A DNA stretch of 64,000 nt. Origin: Cyanophora paradoxa CCMP329. Lineage: Eukaryota > Plantae > Glaucophyta. A program made the translations under genes and the position numbers. The stretch lies in contig QPMI01000519.1 of the NCBI GenBank assembly GCA_004431415.1, forward strand, positions 62,001-126,000, in the 5' to 3' direction. The notes beneath the pieces are model-generated. The model made no database searches and had not been told where the DNA came from. It was given only the letters and a program-made list of their open reading frames with translations. Each line of letters opens with the position of its first letter. The stretch's first letter is position 1. This document shows, piece after piece, positions 10,998 through 23,216 of this stretch.

Positions 10998-11448
10998 ATT
11001 GCTCTCTTTGCAGCGTATAGCCACGAGAACAGAATGCCAGGGCACAAGATTTGATCTGCAGCGCACTGCAGATCCGGGACACGGTCTTCTCGTGGCGTGC
11101 GAGAACCGACTCAGGGACACTCAGAGAACTGCCGCTGGCAGACTCCGGGGCACAGTGTGCGACGCGAAGCGTGCAACCGGCGAAGTGACACAGACAATGA
11201 TTGAGACTCTCGCGAGAGCTCGTGCGTGCGCTTCGGTCTGGGGATGCACCGAAGCCCGCGAGGGACACTAGAGTCACTTCCGAAGCACAATCAGCCCGCC
11301 CAGAGGCGACGCGGCCGAAGTGTGCAGCGTAGCACGCCACAAGTGGCGGTCGCCCGGAAAGCTCGTCCCAGATCTCTCTAAGCTTATGCGAGGCGGCGCG
11401 GCGAGGCGCGCGGCGCGGGCAGAGCCTGGAAGTCCAGCGACCCTTGAA

Positions 11449-11473
11449 GGTTCGATTCCGGCAGTATGGCGCC
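11449..11473 (-). promoter_or_regulatory. Primer binding site (atypical)
   Basis: Abuts the 5' LTR. Its complement GGTTCGATTCCGGCAGTATGGCGCC resembles a tRNA T-loop plus 3' acceptor strand. Confidence 0.75.
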
Positions 11474-11756
11474 TGTCGCGTGCGAGATTAGTGTGTCTAA
11501 TCGTGCGCGCGGGAAGCCCGTGCGGAGTGCAAGCTCGGCAGGGCAGGGTTTGGCGAGTGCTGCTGCTGTTAGCCACCGGGATGGTAGACTGAGGGTGTAC
11601 CCGTCCAGCTACGGCGTACCCCGACACACGCATACAAGTGACCGCGGCGCTCTAACTAGCCTAGGCGCCGTCGATCTAGCAGCACGAAGGCTGCGCACAT
11701 CATCTAGAACCCTAGCGGCTCACAAACGAGCATCCGCTATAATGTCGGATGCGACA
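11474..11756 (-). repeat. 5' LTR (283 bp)
   Basis: Identical by eye to 875-1157; followed by the TSD ATGAG. Confidence 0.97.
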
Positions 11757-12306
11757 ATGAGCGCTCGAGCTCCCGCTGCAGCTGGGCTGAGAAAAGCAAA
11801 GGATCCGCGAGGCTACGAGGAATGCTGCGAGCGCGCAACTTTTGTCGGATGTCCGTATGCGCAAAACGTACGCGTCGGACTCCTTAAATACTCCGGCGGG
11901 CGGCGGACTCACGGCGGAATACTATACTAGTATAGGCTATAGCTACCGGTATATTGCGCATGCTACTATGATGCTAGTACTAGTCCGACTGAACACTTCG
12001 ACTTGTGACTCTTGACTGTTTTGACCGTCGCGTCGGATCGGAGTGCACGTGGCTCCTCAGCGCTAGCAGCCTGGCAGGCGCTAGCGCTGAGTCCTGAATC
12101 TCCTGATCATGATCATCATGGCATGAGTCCGACGGTCCTGACTCCTGAAGTCCTGAGTGAGGCTGAGTCCTGATCTCCTGACTCTGCCACTGGGGCCAGC
12201 CTGCTGGTATCGCGATCGATCATCGGCGATGTCGGTATCGTCGTATCGATTCGATGAGCGAGCTTGCGAAGTTGCGAGTATTAGATTCTAGAGCAACCAG
12301 ATCCAT

Positions 12307-12542
12307 TGCCGAGGACTTAAATTGGCCGGTAATTCACCAAAAACTAAATTGCCGAATTTGCTCAAAACCGGAATTGCCGTGGCGATAAATTGCCGAATTC
12401 GAATTCAGACGTTCGTTCTATGGCGGCCTAAAACAATCTCTACCCCCAGCAACATTGCCGGCGCTTAAAATTGCCGAATTCGGCCTCTCGGCAATTTACG
12501 GCAAAATAAAGCGACGGCTAAAATTTAAAAGCCATCCTACAG
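12307..12542. mobile_element. Truncated MITE-like element with AATTGCCG internal repeats
   Basis: Several AATTGCCG/CGGCAATT copies. The right end CCTACAG|TA resembles the end of the neighbouring element. Confidence 0.35.
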
Positions 12543-12620
12543 TACCACTATACTAGTGGTATAGTACTAGTACTAGTAGTACTACGGTAGTCTCTAGAGT
12601 CTAGACTACTACCACTACTA

Positions 12621-12850
12621 CTGTAGAACTGGTTAATTTAGTACAGGAAAATAATTAGTACTTCGCCAAAACTGCCACTTTAGCGGCTGGTAAAACTTTA
12701 GTAGGTCAGTCTTCGCAGGGCGTTTGTATGGCGGAGGCGGGGCTACCCCTACAAATTCTCGGCTTTAGCAGGCGAGAAATATTTAGTAGATCGCCCAAAA
12801 ACTTTTAGTACTATAAATATGCAGCCCACTAAATATTTCTAGCTCTCCAG
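12621..12850. mobile_element. TA-flanked MITE-like element (Tc1/mariner-type?)
   Basis: Imperfect TIRs CTGTAGAACTGGTTAATTTAGT / CTGGAGAGCTAGAAATATTTAGT (rc). TA on both sides; internal TTTAGT repeats. Confidence 0.5.
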
Positions 12851-13349
12851 TAGGTTAGAACGTTAGAGCCGCTAGACTCTGAGACTGGCTAGTAGATTCT
12901 AGAGCAACCAGATCCATCATGCTGCCGATTCATGCATACCGTACCATACGCGTACGGTCAATGATCATGGGGTGTGGATCTCTCAGAAAAAACGATCTAG
13001 ATCGAATCGTTCCGAGGTTCTATACATAGCGCCAGAACTTCGGAACTGCAAATTCGGGAATTGGAACAAGAAAACTGGAAATTCCACAAATTGCAAGCGG
13101 CCGCGGCCCGCGGCCCGCGCCGCCGGGCCGCGCGGCGCAGCGCGCGCGCGCCGCGGCCGGCGCCGGCGGCCCGGCCCGGCGGCCGGCCCCGGCCGCGGCG
13201 CGGCGGCCCGGCGGCCGGCGGGCGGCGGGCCGGCGGCGGCTGAAGCCCGGCCGGGAACGGCTTGGGCTGGTACCGACGTGCACACAGTCACACAGTCTGA
13301 CACGTGCACAGACTCACACTCACTGTGTCACAGTGTAACAGGAAAATAC

Positions 13350-15525
13350 CGGTACCAGATTGGAAATTAGTGGATCGTATACGTAAAACTTAATTGGCCC
13401 TCCCACAGGCGAAAAACTGGAGCCCGAAATTAGTGGATCGAAATTAGCCCGAACGCTTTCAGGCTTGTATGGGGCGGTAATGTTAAGGGGTACTGTATGA
13501 GGCCGCGTCCCACCAGGGAATTAGTGGAGCCCGAATTTAGTGGACTGAGTGATTTTTCCCGCTTCCTGGCGCTCGTGAGATTCGCCGCCGGCGCCCTCGT
13601 CGGGCCCTTGCGCCCTCGAGCTCGTCTCTCTCTGCGCCGCCCATGACCCCCGTGTCATCTGATCCGGCGCCACCTGACCTTTCTCCTGCTTCGCTGCCCT
13701 CTCTTCGGCGCCGGCAGCGATCCCCGTCACCTGCTCGCGGCCCTTCCCCTGCCTCCGGATCCGACCCTTCCTCGGCTCCCTCCTCGCCTCTTCCGCCTCG
13801 TAGGCCTCCGCCGCGTTCCCGTCGGCGGATCTCTCGATCGACCCTGGACTCTCCGCCTGCCACTGTCTGTGGGGTACCTCCGCCGCCGTGTTCGGCGCCG
13901 GCTGTCAGTACTTTGCTCGGTAGCTCCCCCATCGTGGCTCCTCGGGGGCCTCTTCGTCGTCGTCGTTCGCTGGGTTCCGGCTCCGGGTCAGATTTCTCGC
14001 CGGGCTTACCTTCTCCTGGCTCTGCTCCTGGGCCCTCAGCTCCTCCCGACCCCTCGCGACCCGCCTCGTCTCCGCACTCCCCGCTCTCTGCGCCGCCTGT
14101 CAGTGCCCACGCTCACTCCACTCTGCCGTCCCGGCACCGCTCCCTGCCCTGCCCCGCATCCGCTGCCCACCCCCTACCGCTGCCTCCCGCCCACTCCCTC
14201 TCCTTCCTCATATCTTCCTCCTACCACCTTCTTCACCTCGACAGAACGGGACACCGATTAATCGGGGTCCTGGGGCGCAGGTGAGGAGGAGGGAGGAGGC
14301 AGAGTGAGGAGGAGGAGGGGTGGCGGAGCGGCGGCAAGGGAGGGTGGCGGACTGCGAGACATTTCACTTCCAGGGCTCATGAGGGATGGAGGAGTTGATC
14401 AAGGGGTGGGCGCGCGGGTCTGGTTACGGCTACCACCGAAAACCATGGCTCCCCCACTCAGGCGAACCTCCCATATTGAGCGACCCATGGCCGGCACCTT
14501 GCTAGCGTCTTCGGCTAGACAGATGACCGGTCGGAAGGGCGCGTCACGTAGAACATTGATACATGTGCCGTGGTGTATCAATGCGACGTCCACTTTTGCA
14601 AAAAAAAACTCCTGGGCCCTCAGCTCCGGGACCGGCTTCCCCGATCTCCTCCCGGACTCGTGGTCGTACCCGTCGCCGGCTTGCCGAGCCTACGTCTCCT
14701 TCTACTTCCCTCCGGCGGTTTGCCGGGCCGGACCCTCCGGCCTTTGTTCTTGATACCGGACCGCCGCCTTTGCCTTCGTCTTCTGCTTCGCTGGTCGTAT
14801 CCCGCCGGCGCCGGCGTACTTCGTCTTATAGTTTAGTTCGGTCTAGTTCGGATTCTGATCGTAGTGTTGATGCTAGAGTTAGTTTCAATACTAGCTATAG
14901 TCCTCGTGCTCAACCTGTTGTTCGCCGTCGTTTGCAGTTCGACTGCCCGTCTCGACCCCGGTCGGCTTTAGTGATTCCTTTGACTGTCCTTTTGCCTGCT
15001 CTTGATCCGCCTGCTCCGCCTCCTGTGTCCTCCTCGACCTTGTGCCGTAGCTCTGCCCTTTCGCGTCGTCCTGCTTCGCCTCCGCCTCCGCGTCGTCTTG
15101 TTGTTCCTCTTACTTGTCTGCTTCCTGTTATTTATCTTTCTCAAATTTGTCCTCCGCTTCTTAGTGATGTAATTCCTTCCGATATTGATGGTATCTCTAG
15201 CTCTGGCTCTTCTTCGTATCAGTCATCCTCTGTCCCTAGCATAGATCTGCTCGATTTCTCGTCTCTTCTCGATCTGTCTAGATCTCGAGCTCTGTGTCTT
15301 TTCTTTTTTATTGTCGATTTTGGCTCTTTGTCTTATCTTTCTTCGTGCTCTTGTCTTAGTTATTTTGCTTTTTTGTCTTTCGGCCCCCTGGGCAGCCCCC
15401 GCAGTGCTGGTGTCTAGAGACTGTGGCCGGTAATTCACCAAAAAAAAAGAGTGATTTTGAGTCAAACTTTTGGTCCTCTATATATATAGCTAATTTCCGG
15501 CTCCACTAATTATCAGCGTCCAGCT
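13350..15525. mobile_element. Putative non-autonomous DNA transposon with decayed internal sequence
   Basis: Left subterminal AATTAGTGGA repeats (about 13366, 13428, 13519) are inverted relative to TCCACTAATT at about 15502. The interior is T-rich and decayed. Exact ends are uncertain. Confidence 0.4.
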
Positions 15526-16980
15526 ATAGTATTTCATATATATATATATTCCGATGTTCCGAACTTCTTTTTTAAAATTATCGTATATCCAGATCTTTTT
15601 CTTCTTCTCCCAAAAACGTTGAAAAACAGTTTTAACGGTTCGCGTTTCGATCCGACGTTCCGAACTTTAAGATCTAGAACTGGCCGTCGGGGCCCGGGGG
15701 GCGGCGGCCCGCGCCGGCGGGGGCCCGGGGGAGCTTGCACTGGGGCTGGTCCGAAATCTCAAGTCCTTGCACCGGGGCTGGGGGGCTGGCCCTAGCGGCT
15801 TGGCCTCCCGAAATTTTCGGCTGGCCAGGCCAAGCTCCATCAAATCTGCCTCTTTGAGTACCCCATCCACGGGGAGAAAAGGAGGGGCTTGGGGTCTGGC
15901 TTGGGCAGTTGGCTTGCCGGCTCTCGAAAACGGGCAAAAACCCTAGCCCGGCAAGCCGGGGTTTTGGCCGCGGCCAGGCCGCCTAGCCCAGGCGCCCCCC
16001 CGCGGGCCCCGCCCAAATTGAACGGCGAGCTAGCCGGTACCGGTTTGGCCGCCGGCCAGTGCCCATTGCTACTAGGCTAGGCGGCGGGTACGTCGATCCT
16101 TCGGCAGTCGGCCTTGGGGAAAGGAGAGGCCCTTAGGTCTGTTGGTCACTTGTCACAAAATTTTAGAAAGCGAAATTCGTATATTTGAAGACACCTACTA
16201 CCCCATTTTAGACCCTGGGGAGCACGATGGTCCGGCCCGTTTTCCTATGAGAGGCCTCTAGTGGGCAGTAACAGCACGTCGAAAAGCACAGAAAAGCATT
16301 TTCCCGGAAAAAAAATCGAAAGCGCAAATCACATTGGCCTTCCAAGTCGAAATTTGAAAATTATTAATTTGAAGAGACCGCACCCCATTCGCTTGGAAAT
16401 AGTTTCCAAATTAACGGAGCGCCAAGTGGCCCGCCAGCAAATTTGTATGAGTCAGGGTCGTTGTGTGCCACGAGGTGGGTTTTAAATATACTTGATACGT
16501 TAGTTCAAAGATTATCAAAATAAACAATTTAGACAGAGCCTTATTAATGCGAATTACATTCAAATGATTCATAGATAATTGTTAACCACCTCCAAAAAGC
16601 GCCGAAAGTCGTTTTCATTCAGCTGAGACGACCAATGGGCCCCTCGGGGCCTGTGCTCGGTACAATTGCGGCCGATTGGGCCCCGCATCGATATCTGTAC
16701 CCTTGCGGCACAATTCTGTACCCTCTTACGTACCTTGACCGAGTGGACCCTCCTGTTTCTCCTCCCCCCTCCCCCGTAACCGCGCGCGGTTGTGGGCCCC
16801 CGTTTAAAAACAAAGAGCTGCCACCCTCACGCCTTGAAGCCCCAAGACCCAAGGCCACTCCTGCTCCGCAGGGACTCGCTTGTTTCACATATTCGGGACC
16901 GCGAGGCTGCCATAGTATGCCGAAACGCGCCGAACATTGATTCCGGGGGCCGGCCCGGCGGGCCGGGGGCCGGCGCGTGG

Positions 16981-18865
16981 TCAGGCGTCGACGGCCTTGG
17001 CGAGGAACTCCTTCAGCTGGCTCACCATCCCCCGCTCCTGCGCCCCCGCCCCCCGCCGGGATCAGAGAGCTTAATCCTAATGATTGAGAGGGGCCGCGAG
17101 GGCGCACGGAGCGGATGCGGGCGGCCTCCTCCTCGGCGCGCTTGAGGATCTCCGCCGCCGCCCGCTCCAGCCCCGCCGCCTCCTCCGCCTCCTGCCGCCC
17201 TGCCCCGCGCGCCCCACGCCCCGCGCCCCGTCAGCTCGCCCCGGGGGGGAGGGCGGGGGAACACGAGGCGGGGGCCGGGGGTCTAGAGTGGGCGGGGGGG
17301 AAAACGAGGCGGGGGCCGGGGTTCTAGAGTGGGCGGGGGGCAGGGGGGGGCGGACGGAGGGCGGCGGCGTCGCGCTCCTGGGCCGCCCGCAGCTCCGCGG
17401 ACTGCTCCGCCAGCTTCTGCACCGCCCCCGCCTTCTTCTGGATCTGCGGGGCGGCCCACAGTCCAGCTCAGCTTAAGCTTGTGCAAATCAAGCTTTGGAA
17501 TCGTTCGGAAATATTAATAGAATCGCCTCGCGCTGGAAGTTCTTGTAGAGGTCCCGCACCGCGTCCTCCTCCTCTGCTCCCGACCGCGACGCGGTCGGAG
17601 GGGGGGGGGTACGGGTTCTCGCTGGGAGGGGGCGCGGGCACCGCGGACGCGCTTGGCGACGGCCTCGACGCGCTCCAGGAAGCCGCGCATGAGCTCCTTC
17701 CTGCGGAGAAGGAGCGATAAGCGAATCGAGGGCCGCACAGCCGGCTCGAGGAGCACTTACTTGCGCTTCTCCACGCGCGCGAGGACCGCTTTCTTCTCCT
17801 TCTCGAAGTCCGCCTGCGCGGCACGCGGGCGGGGGCCGGGTTTCCGAGTTCGAGCGCTCAGGTTCAAGTTCTAAATCCAATCTCGCCTTGGTCTGGCCGA
17901 TGATCTGCTCGACCTTGCGCTTCTTCTGCTGAGCGCCCTTCCCGATCGCCTGCTTCAGCGTCGAGAAGAGGCCCCCCAGCCTGCGCGGATTCGAAGGCGC
18001 GGCCGCGGTAAGCATTTCGACAGGGCGCCGCTAAAAGCTCAAGCTTATGCGCGGCGGAGAATATTGATTGGCCGGGCGGGACGCGTGCGGGCGGACCCCT
18101 CGACGGTCGAGCTGTCCTCCACGTCGCTCATGTCGCTGATGCCGCCCAGCGACTCTGCGAAGCCGAGCCGATCGCGGGCGAGAAGTCCGTGAGGGGGGAT
18201 CCGGCCCAAGCGCGTGCTCGCGGAGCCGGCGCGAACCGCGGGACGGGGAAGCCTCGCGATCGAGATCGAGGTCCAGATCGTCCTCCAGAACCGCCGATTT
18301 CAGGCCCCCCTTCTTCGCGCCCGCCTTCGGCTTGCTGGGCCCGGCCGCCGCCGCCGTAGCCCCGGCCGTCGTCCCGCGGCCCTCTGCGCGAATTCGGGCG
18401 CCGTCAGTGACGCATGCTGGTTGAAAAGAAGCGGATGATGGACCGCCCGACCTGCAGCTGGCGCGCCCTTCTTCTTCTTGGTCGCGGCCGCTGGCTCTGA
18501 GTCGCCAGCTCCGATCTCATCCCACTGCGGGGCGATCGGGGAGAAGCAGGAGAGCAGGCGAGTCGCGAAATGAGCCCGAAGCTCGCCGGCGCCCAATGGC
18601 GGCCCTGCGGCGAGCGGGGGAAGCGCGCGGGCCACGAGCTCGCGCACGCACGTCGGCGTCGTCTTCGTCGGCTTTCGCGGCCGCCGCCGACGAAGAGGTA
18701 GCGCCTCCAGCTACGCGCGAAGCTCAGAGGCGCGCGGGGAGGCGGCAGGAGACCGATCGCACCTTTGGCGGCGCCCTTCTTCGGAGCGGGCTTCGCGGGC
18801 GCGCGCTTCGGGGGCGGCGACTCCTCGTAGTCCTCCTCGTCCTCGTTCGCCCGCTTCCGCGGCAT
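16981..18865 (-). CDS. Multi-exon protein with low-complexity N-terminus and C-terminal coiled coil, SYCP3/Cor1 (ASY3/4)-like; copy 1
   Basis: Starts MPRKRANEDEEDY. Spliced C-terminal exons read GLFSTLKQAIGKGAQQKKRKVEQIIGQTK / ADFEKEKKAVLARVEKRK / KELMRGFLERVEAVAK / EEDAVRDLYKNFQRE ... LKEFLAKAVDA*. Family call rests on recalled similarity only. Confidence 0.55.
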
Positions 18866-18977
18866 CGCTCTTTTTTTCTTCGAATCGCTGTACGGGGGTC
18901 CTCTCATCGACTCACATCGAGCCAGACCAGATCCCGACAAATCCGGCCGGCGTCGAAAGCCCCGCCATTGTGGAGCG

Positions 18978-19780
18978 ATGGCCGCGCTTCTTGCGAACTA
19001 CTGGAAGACGCAGCGCGAGAACGAGGTCGTGAACAGCGTGCCCTCTGTGAAACTGCAGAACATTTTCGCGGAGAGGCCCGCTGCGCCCGAGATCAGCCCG
19101 TTCGGCGGCGTGAACGAGCCGCTGCCGCCCGCACCACCTCAGGAGCGCCAGCAGCAGCGCGAGGGCCACTGGCAAGGCCGCGGGCAGCGAGGGCGCGGGC
19201 ACTGGCACGGCCGCGGTCGGGGCCGCGGAGGACACGGCCACTACGCGCTCCCGCCCGGCCTCGTCTGCCCCGGTCCCGGGTTTCCGATCCTGCCCGCTGC
19301 GGCGTATGCGGCAGCCCAACAACACGTCGCCTCGCTTCCCTACAAGCGCGGCCGCGAGCTGATAGACGCAGAAGGCACGCCGCCCCGCCCAGCTCGCCCT
19401 GCTCGCGTGCCCCGCTGATCGGCGCGGCCCGGGGGCTGGGGCGCTGCACTGCGGCTGCAGGCGGCGACAAGGCGGACTGCGCGGAGCGGACGCGGCGGCG
19501 CATCGCGGCGATCGACGCGGAGCTGGCTGCGCTGCACGCGGAGCGGGAGGAGCTCGCGGCGTACCTGGTCGAGTTGGAGGAGCCCGCGGAGGAGCCCGCG
19601 GCGCCGGCCGGCGGGGAGGCCGCGGGGGAGGACGGGACGGCGGGCGAGGACGGGGCGGCGGGCGCCGCGGACACGGAGCCCACGCCCGCAGCTGCGGCCG
19701 CCTCGTCATCGTCACCGGCGCGTCCGCGGGGCGGAGGCGGCGGCCGCGGTCGCGGGGGGAAGCACCAGCGGCGTGGCTAG
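18978..19780 (+). CDS. Hypothetical two-exon protein with RG-rich tract and short coiled coil; copy 1
   Basis: Starts MAALLANYWKTQRENE. A GC-AG intron at 19375-19460 joins in frame to GGDKADCAERTRRRIAAIDAELAAL. Confidence 0.65.
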
Positions 19781-20146
19781 CTATGTACAAGGGCAGCTAA
19801 GCAGCATCCCGGCCGTGTGTATAAATGCACACGAAGCTTTTAGCCGGTGGCTAGGCATGCCTCCGGTCCGCGCGCATGCCTCCGCGGCCGCCGGCCGACG
19901 CCCGGCGTACATGTATGACGGACTCAGCTGACGGGCTGCAGCTGCAGCTGAAGTCGGCGTTGCGATCAGGCGCTGGTGAGGGGGCGCCTGGCTGCGATCG
20001 GCGGTCAGCCGCCAGTGGCCAGCCGCGCGCCAGCAGTGAAGAGGGGTACGGGCGACTGCGCGTGCTGTGGAGCCGCCCGCCGCGCGCAGTCTGGCAGCTA
20101 TAGCTACTGGCAATTACTATCTACATAGGCAGCGTCATCGGCAGCA

Positions 20147-21148
20147 ATGGGCCCGAAGAAGAAAGGGAAGCAGCCGGCGAAGCGATCCAGGTCCTCGGAC
20201 GACGAGGAGAGCCCGGGCTCCGGCGCGCGGCGCCGGCTCGCCGACGACGCTCCGAGCTCGCAATTGGAGACCCTCCCGACCCCGTCCTGCAGCGCATCCT
20301 CACGTTCGTCGGCCTGCGCGAGTCGTGGAAGTGCGCCCGCGGCATCAGCAAGCGAATCCGGGCCATGCTCATCGCCAACGAGTGGGAACGGCTCTCGTTT
20401 CCCTGTGAGAATCCAAGCTTAAGAGCCCGGGCGGAACAGGGCCTCGCACAGGCGGCGGCACAGCTCGCCGAAGACATAGCTGGCTGGACGAAGCGGGCGA
20501 ATAGGGGACACGTGCGCGTGCAGAGCCTGTTCGTGGAGGCCCTCGATCTGCACCCCAAGCGCGAGCTCGTGCCGGCCCTCGTCGCGGCGCTGCCGGGCCT
20601 AAAGCACGTCGTGATCCGCCACGGCGACATCTCTGCCGGCATCCGCCGCGAGCCCTTCGACTTCTTCCCGAGCCCCTCTTCGCTGAAGACGCGGCACGAG
20701 TACGCGGCGGCGCTGCTGCGCGCCGCCGTCGCCTCCTCGGCCGCTACGCTCGCCGCCTTGGAGTTCGCGCTCGAGGTCGACGCGCTGAACGTCGAGGACG
20801 CCATCCGCGCGACGCCCGCCCCGAGTCTGCCTCTCGCCACTCCTCCTCCGCCTCGGGGCGCGTCTCACCTCCCGCGTGCGCGCTCAGCGGGGCGCCTGCA
20901 GCGGGGCTTCCTGACGCAGCTGGGGAAGCTCCCCGCGCTGCGCCGCCTGAACCTCGTGGGCTACTGCTCGATGGCGCCCGAGTTCGTGCGGGGCCTCGCC
21001 GGCGCCGCCCCGGGCCTCACCTCCTTCCACTTCGCCTCCGTGGGCCCCGAACGCGAGTTCCCCTCCGGCTCCGCCTTCGACGACAGCGCCGTGCGTCCCG
21101 TCCCGCCCGCCCGGCGCCCTCGGCCTCTGAAGGGCGAGCAGGGCGAGG
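20147..21148 (+). pseudogene. 3'-truncated copy of the F-box/LRR gene, cut by the duplication junction
   Basis: Matches 26380-27375 and then runs into the repeat junction. Confidence 0.75.
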
Positions 21149-23216
21149 GCTCAACCTGTTGTTCGCCGTCGTTTGCAGTTCGACTGCCCGTCTCGACCCC
21201 GGTCGGCTTTAGTGATTCCTTTGACTGTCCTTTTGCCTGCTCTTGATCCGCCTGCTCCGCCTCCTGTGTCCTCCTCGACCTTGTGCCGTAGCTCTGCCCT
21301 TTCGCGTCGTCCTGCTTCGCCTCCGCCTCCGCGTCGTCTTGTTGTTCCTCTTACTTGTCTGCTTCCTGTTATTTATCTTTCTCAAATTTGTCCTCCGCTT
21401 CTTAGTGATGTAATTCCTTCCGATATTGATGGTATCTCTAGCTCTGGCTCTTCTTCGTATCAGTCATCCTCTGTCCCTAGCATAGATCTGCTCGATTTCT
21501 CGTCTCTTCTCGATCTGTCTAGATCTCGAGCTCTGTGTCTTTTCTTTTTATTGTCGATTTTGGCTCTTTGTCTTATCTTTCTTCGTGCTCTTGTCTTAGT
21601 TATTTTGCTTTTTTGTCTTTCGGCCCCCTGGGCAGCCCCCGCAGTGCTGGTGTCTAGAGACTGTGGCCGGTAATTCACCAAAAAAAAAGAGTGATTTTGA
21701 GTCAAACTTTTGGTCCTCTATATATATAGCTAATTTCCGGCTCCACTAATTATCAGCGTCCAGCTATAGTATTTCATATATATATATATTCCGATGTTCC
21801 GAACTTCTTTTTTAAAATTATCGTATATCCAGATCTTTTTCTTCTTCTCCCAAAAACGTTGAAAAACAGTTTTAACGGTTCGCGTTTCGATCCGACGTTC
21901 CGAACTTTAAGATCTAGAACTGGCCGTCGGGGCCCGGGGGGCGGCGGCCCGCGCCGGCGGGGGCCCGGGGAGCTTGCACTGGGGCTGGTCCGAAATCTCA
22001 AGTCCTTGCACCGGGGCTGGGGGCTGGCCCTAGCGGCTTGGCCTCCCGAAATTTTCGGCTGGCCAGGCCAAGCTCCATCAAATCTGCCTCTTTGAGTACC
22101 CCATCCACGGGGAGAAAAGGAGGGCTTGGGGTCTGGCTTGGGCAGTTGGCTTGCCGGCTCTCGAAAACGGGCAAAAACCCTAGCCCGGCAAGCCGGGGTT
22201 TTGGCCGCGGCCAGGCCGCCTAGCCCAGGCGCCCCCCCGCGGGCCCCGCCCAAATTGAACGGCGAGCTAGCCGGTACCGGTTTGGCCGCCGGCCAGTGCC
22301 CATTGCTACTAGGCTAGGCGGCGGGTACGTCGATCCTTCGGCAGTCGGCCTTGGGGAAAGGAGAGGCCCTTAGGTCTGTTGGTCACTTGTCACAAAATTT
22401 TAGAAAGCGAAATTCGTATATTTGAAGACACCTACTACCCCATTTTAGACCCTGGGGAGCACGATGGTCCGGCCCGTTTTCCTATGAGAGGCCTCTAGTG
22501 GGCAGTAACAGCACGTCGAAAAGCACAGAAAAGCATTTTCCCGGAAAAAAAATCGAAAGCGCAAATCACATTGGCCTTCCAAGTCGAAATTTGAAAATTA
22601 TTAATTTGAAGAGACCGCACCCCATTCGCTTGGAAATAGTTTCCAAATTAACGGAGCGCCAAGTGGCCCGCCAGCAAATTTGTATGAGTCAGGGTCGTTG
22701 TGTGCCACGAGGTGGGTTTTAAATATACTTGATACGTTAGTTCAAAGATTATCAAAATAAACAATTTAGACAGAGCCTTATTAATGCGAATTACATTCAA
22801 ATGATTCATAGATAATTGTTAACCACCTCCAAAAAGCGCCGAAAGTCGTTTTCATTCAGCTGAGACGACCAATGGGCCCCTCGGGGCCTGTGCTCGGTAC
22901 AATTGCGGCCGATTGGGCCCCGCATCGATATCTGTACCCTTGCGGCACAATTCTGTACCCTCTTACGTACCTTGACCGAGTGGACCCTCCTGTTTCTCCT
23001 CCCCCCTCCCCCGTAACCGCGCGCGGTTGTGGGCCCCGTTTAAAAACAAAGAGCTGCCACCCTCACGCCTTGAAGCCCCAAGACCCAAGGCCACTCCTGC
23101 TCCGCAGGGACTCGCTTGTTTCACATATTCGGGACCGCGAGGCTGCCATAGTATGCCGAAACGCGCCGAACATTGATTCCGGGGGCCGGCCCGGCGGGCC
23201 GGGGGCCGGCGCGTGG

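Larger units (their letters stand above)
875..11756 (-). mobile_element. Full-length Ty3/gypsy (Metaviridae) LTR retrotransposon
   Basis: Two 283-bp LTRs with TGTCGC...GCGACA ends. 5-bp TSD ATGAG at 870-874 and 11757-11761. PPT and PBS present. Domain order Gag-ZnF-RT-RNaseH-IN. Confidence 0.97.
12282..12917. repeat. 25-bp direct repeat TAGATTCTAGAGCAACCAGATCCAT (12282-12306 and 12893-12917) bracketing two MITE-like pieces
   Basis: Exact repeat seen directly. Confidence 0.8.

Noticed and set aside
11380-11473. A tRNA gene on the + strand
   Set aside because: Only the T-loop and 3' strand are present. There is no matching 5' acceptor strand, D arm or anticodon arm, so it is the PBS.
13097-13255. 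Nearly pure G/C tract as a coding or RNA gene
   Set aside because: Low-complexity sequence with no recognisable motif, probably part of a repeat.
14563-15417. 284-aa Ser/Pro/Leu-rich ORF as a transposase
   Set aside because: No DDE or DNA-binding motif; it reflects pyrimidine-rich decayed sequence.
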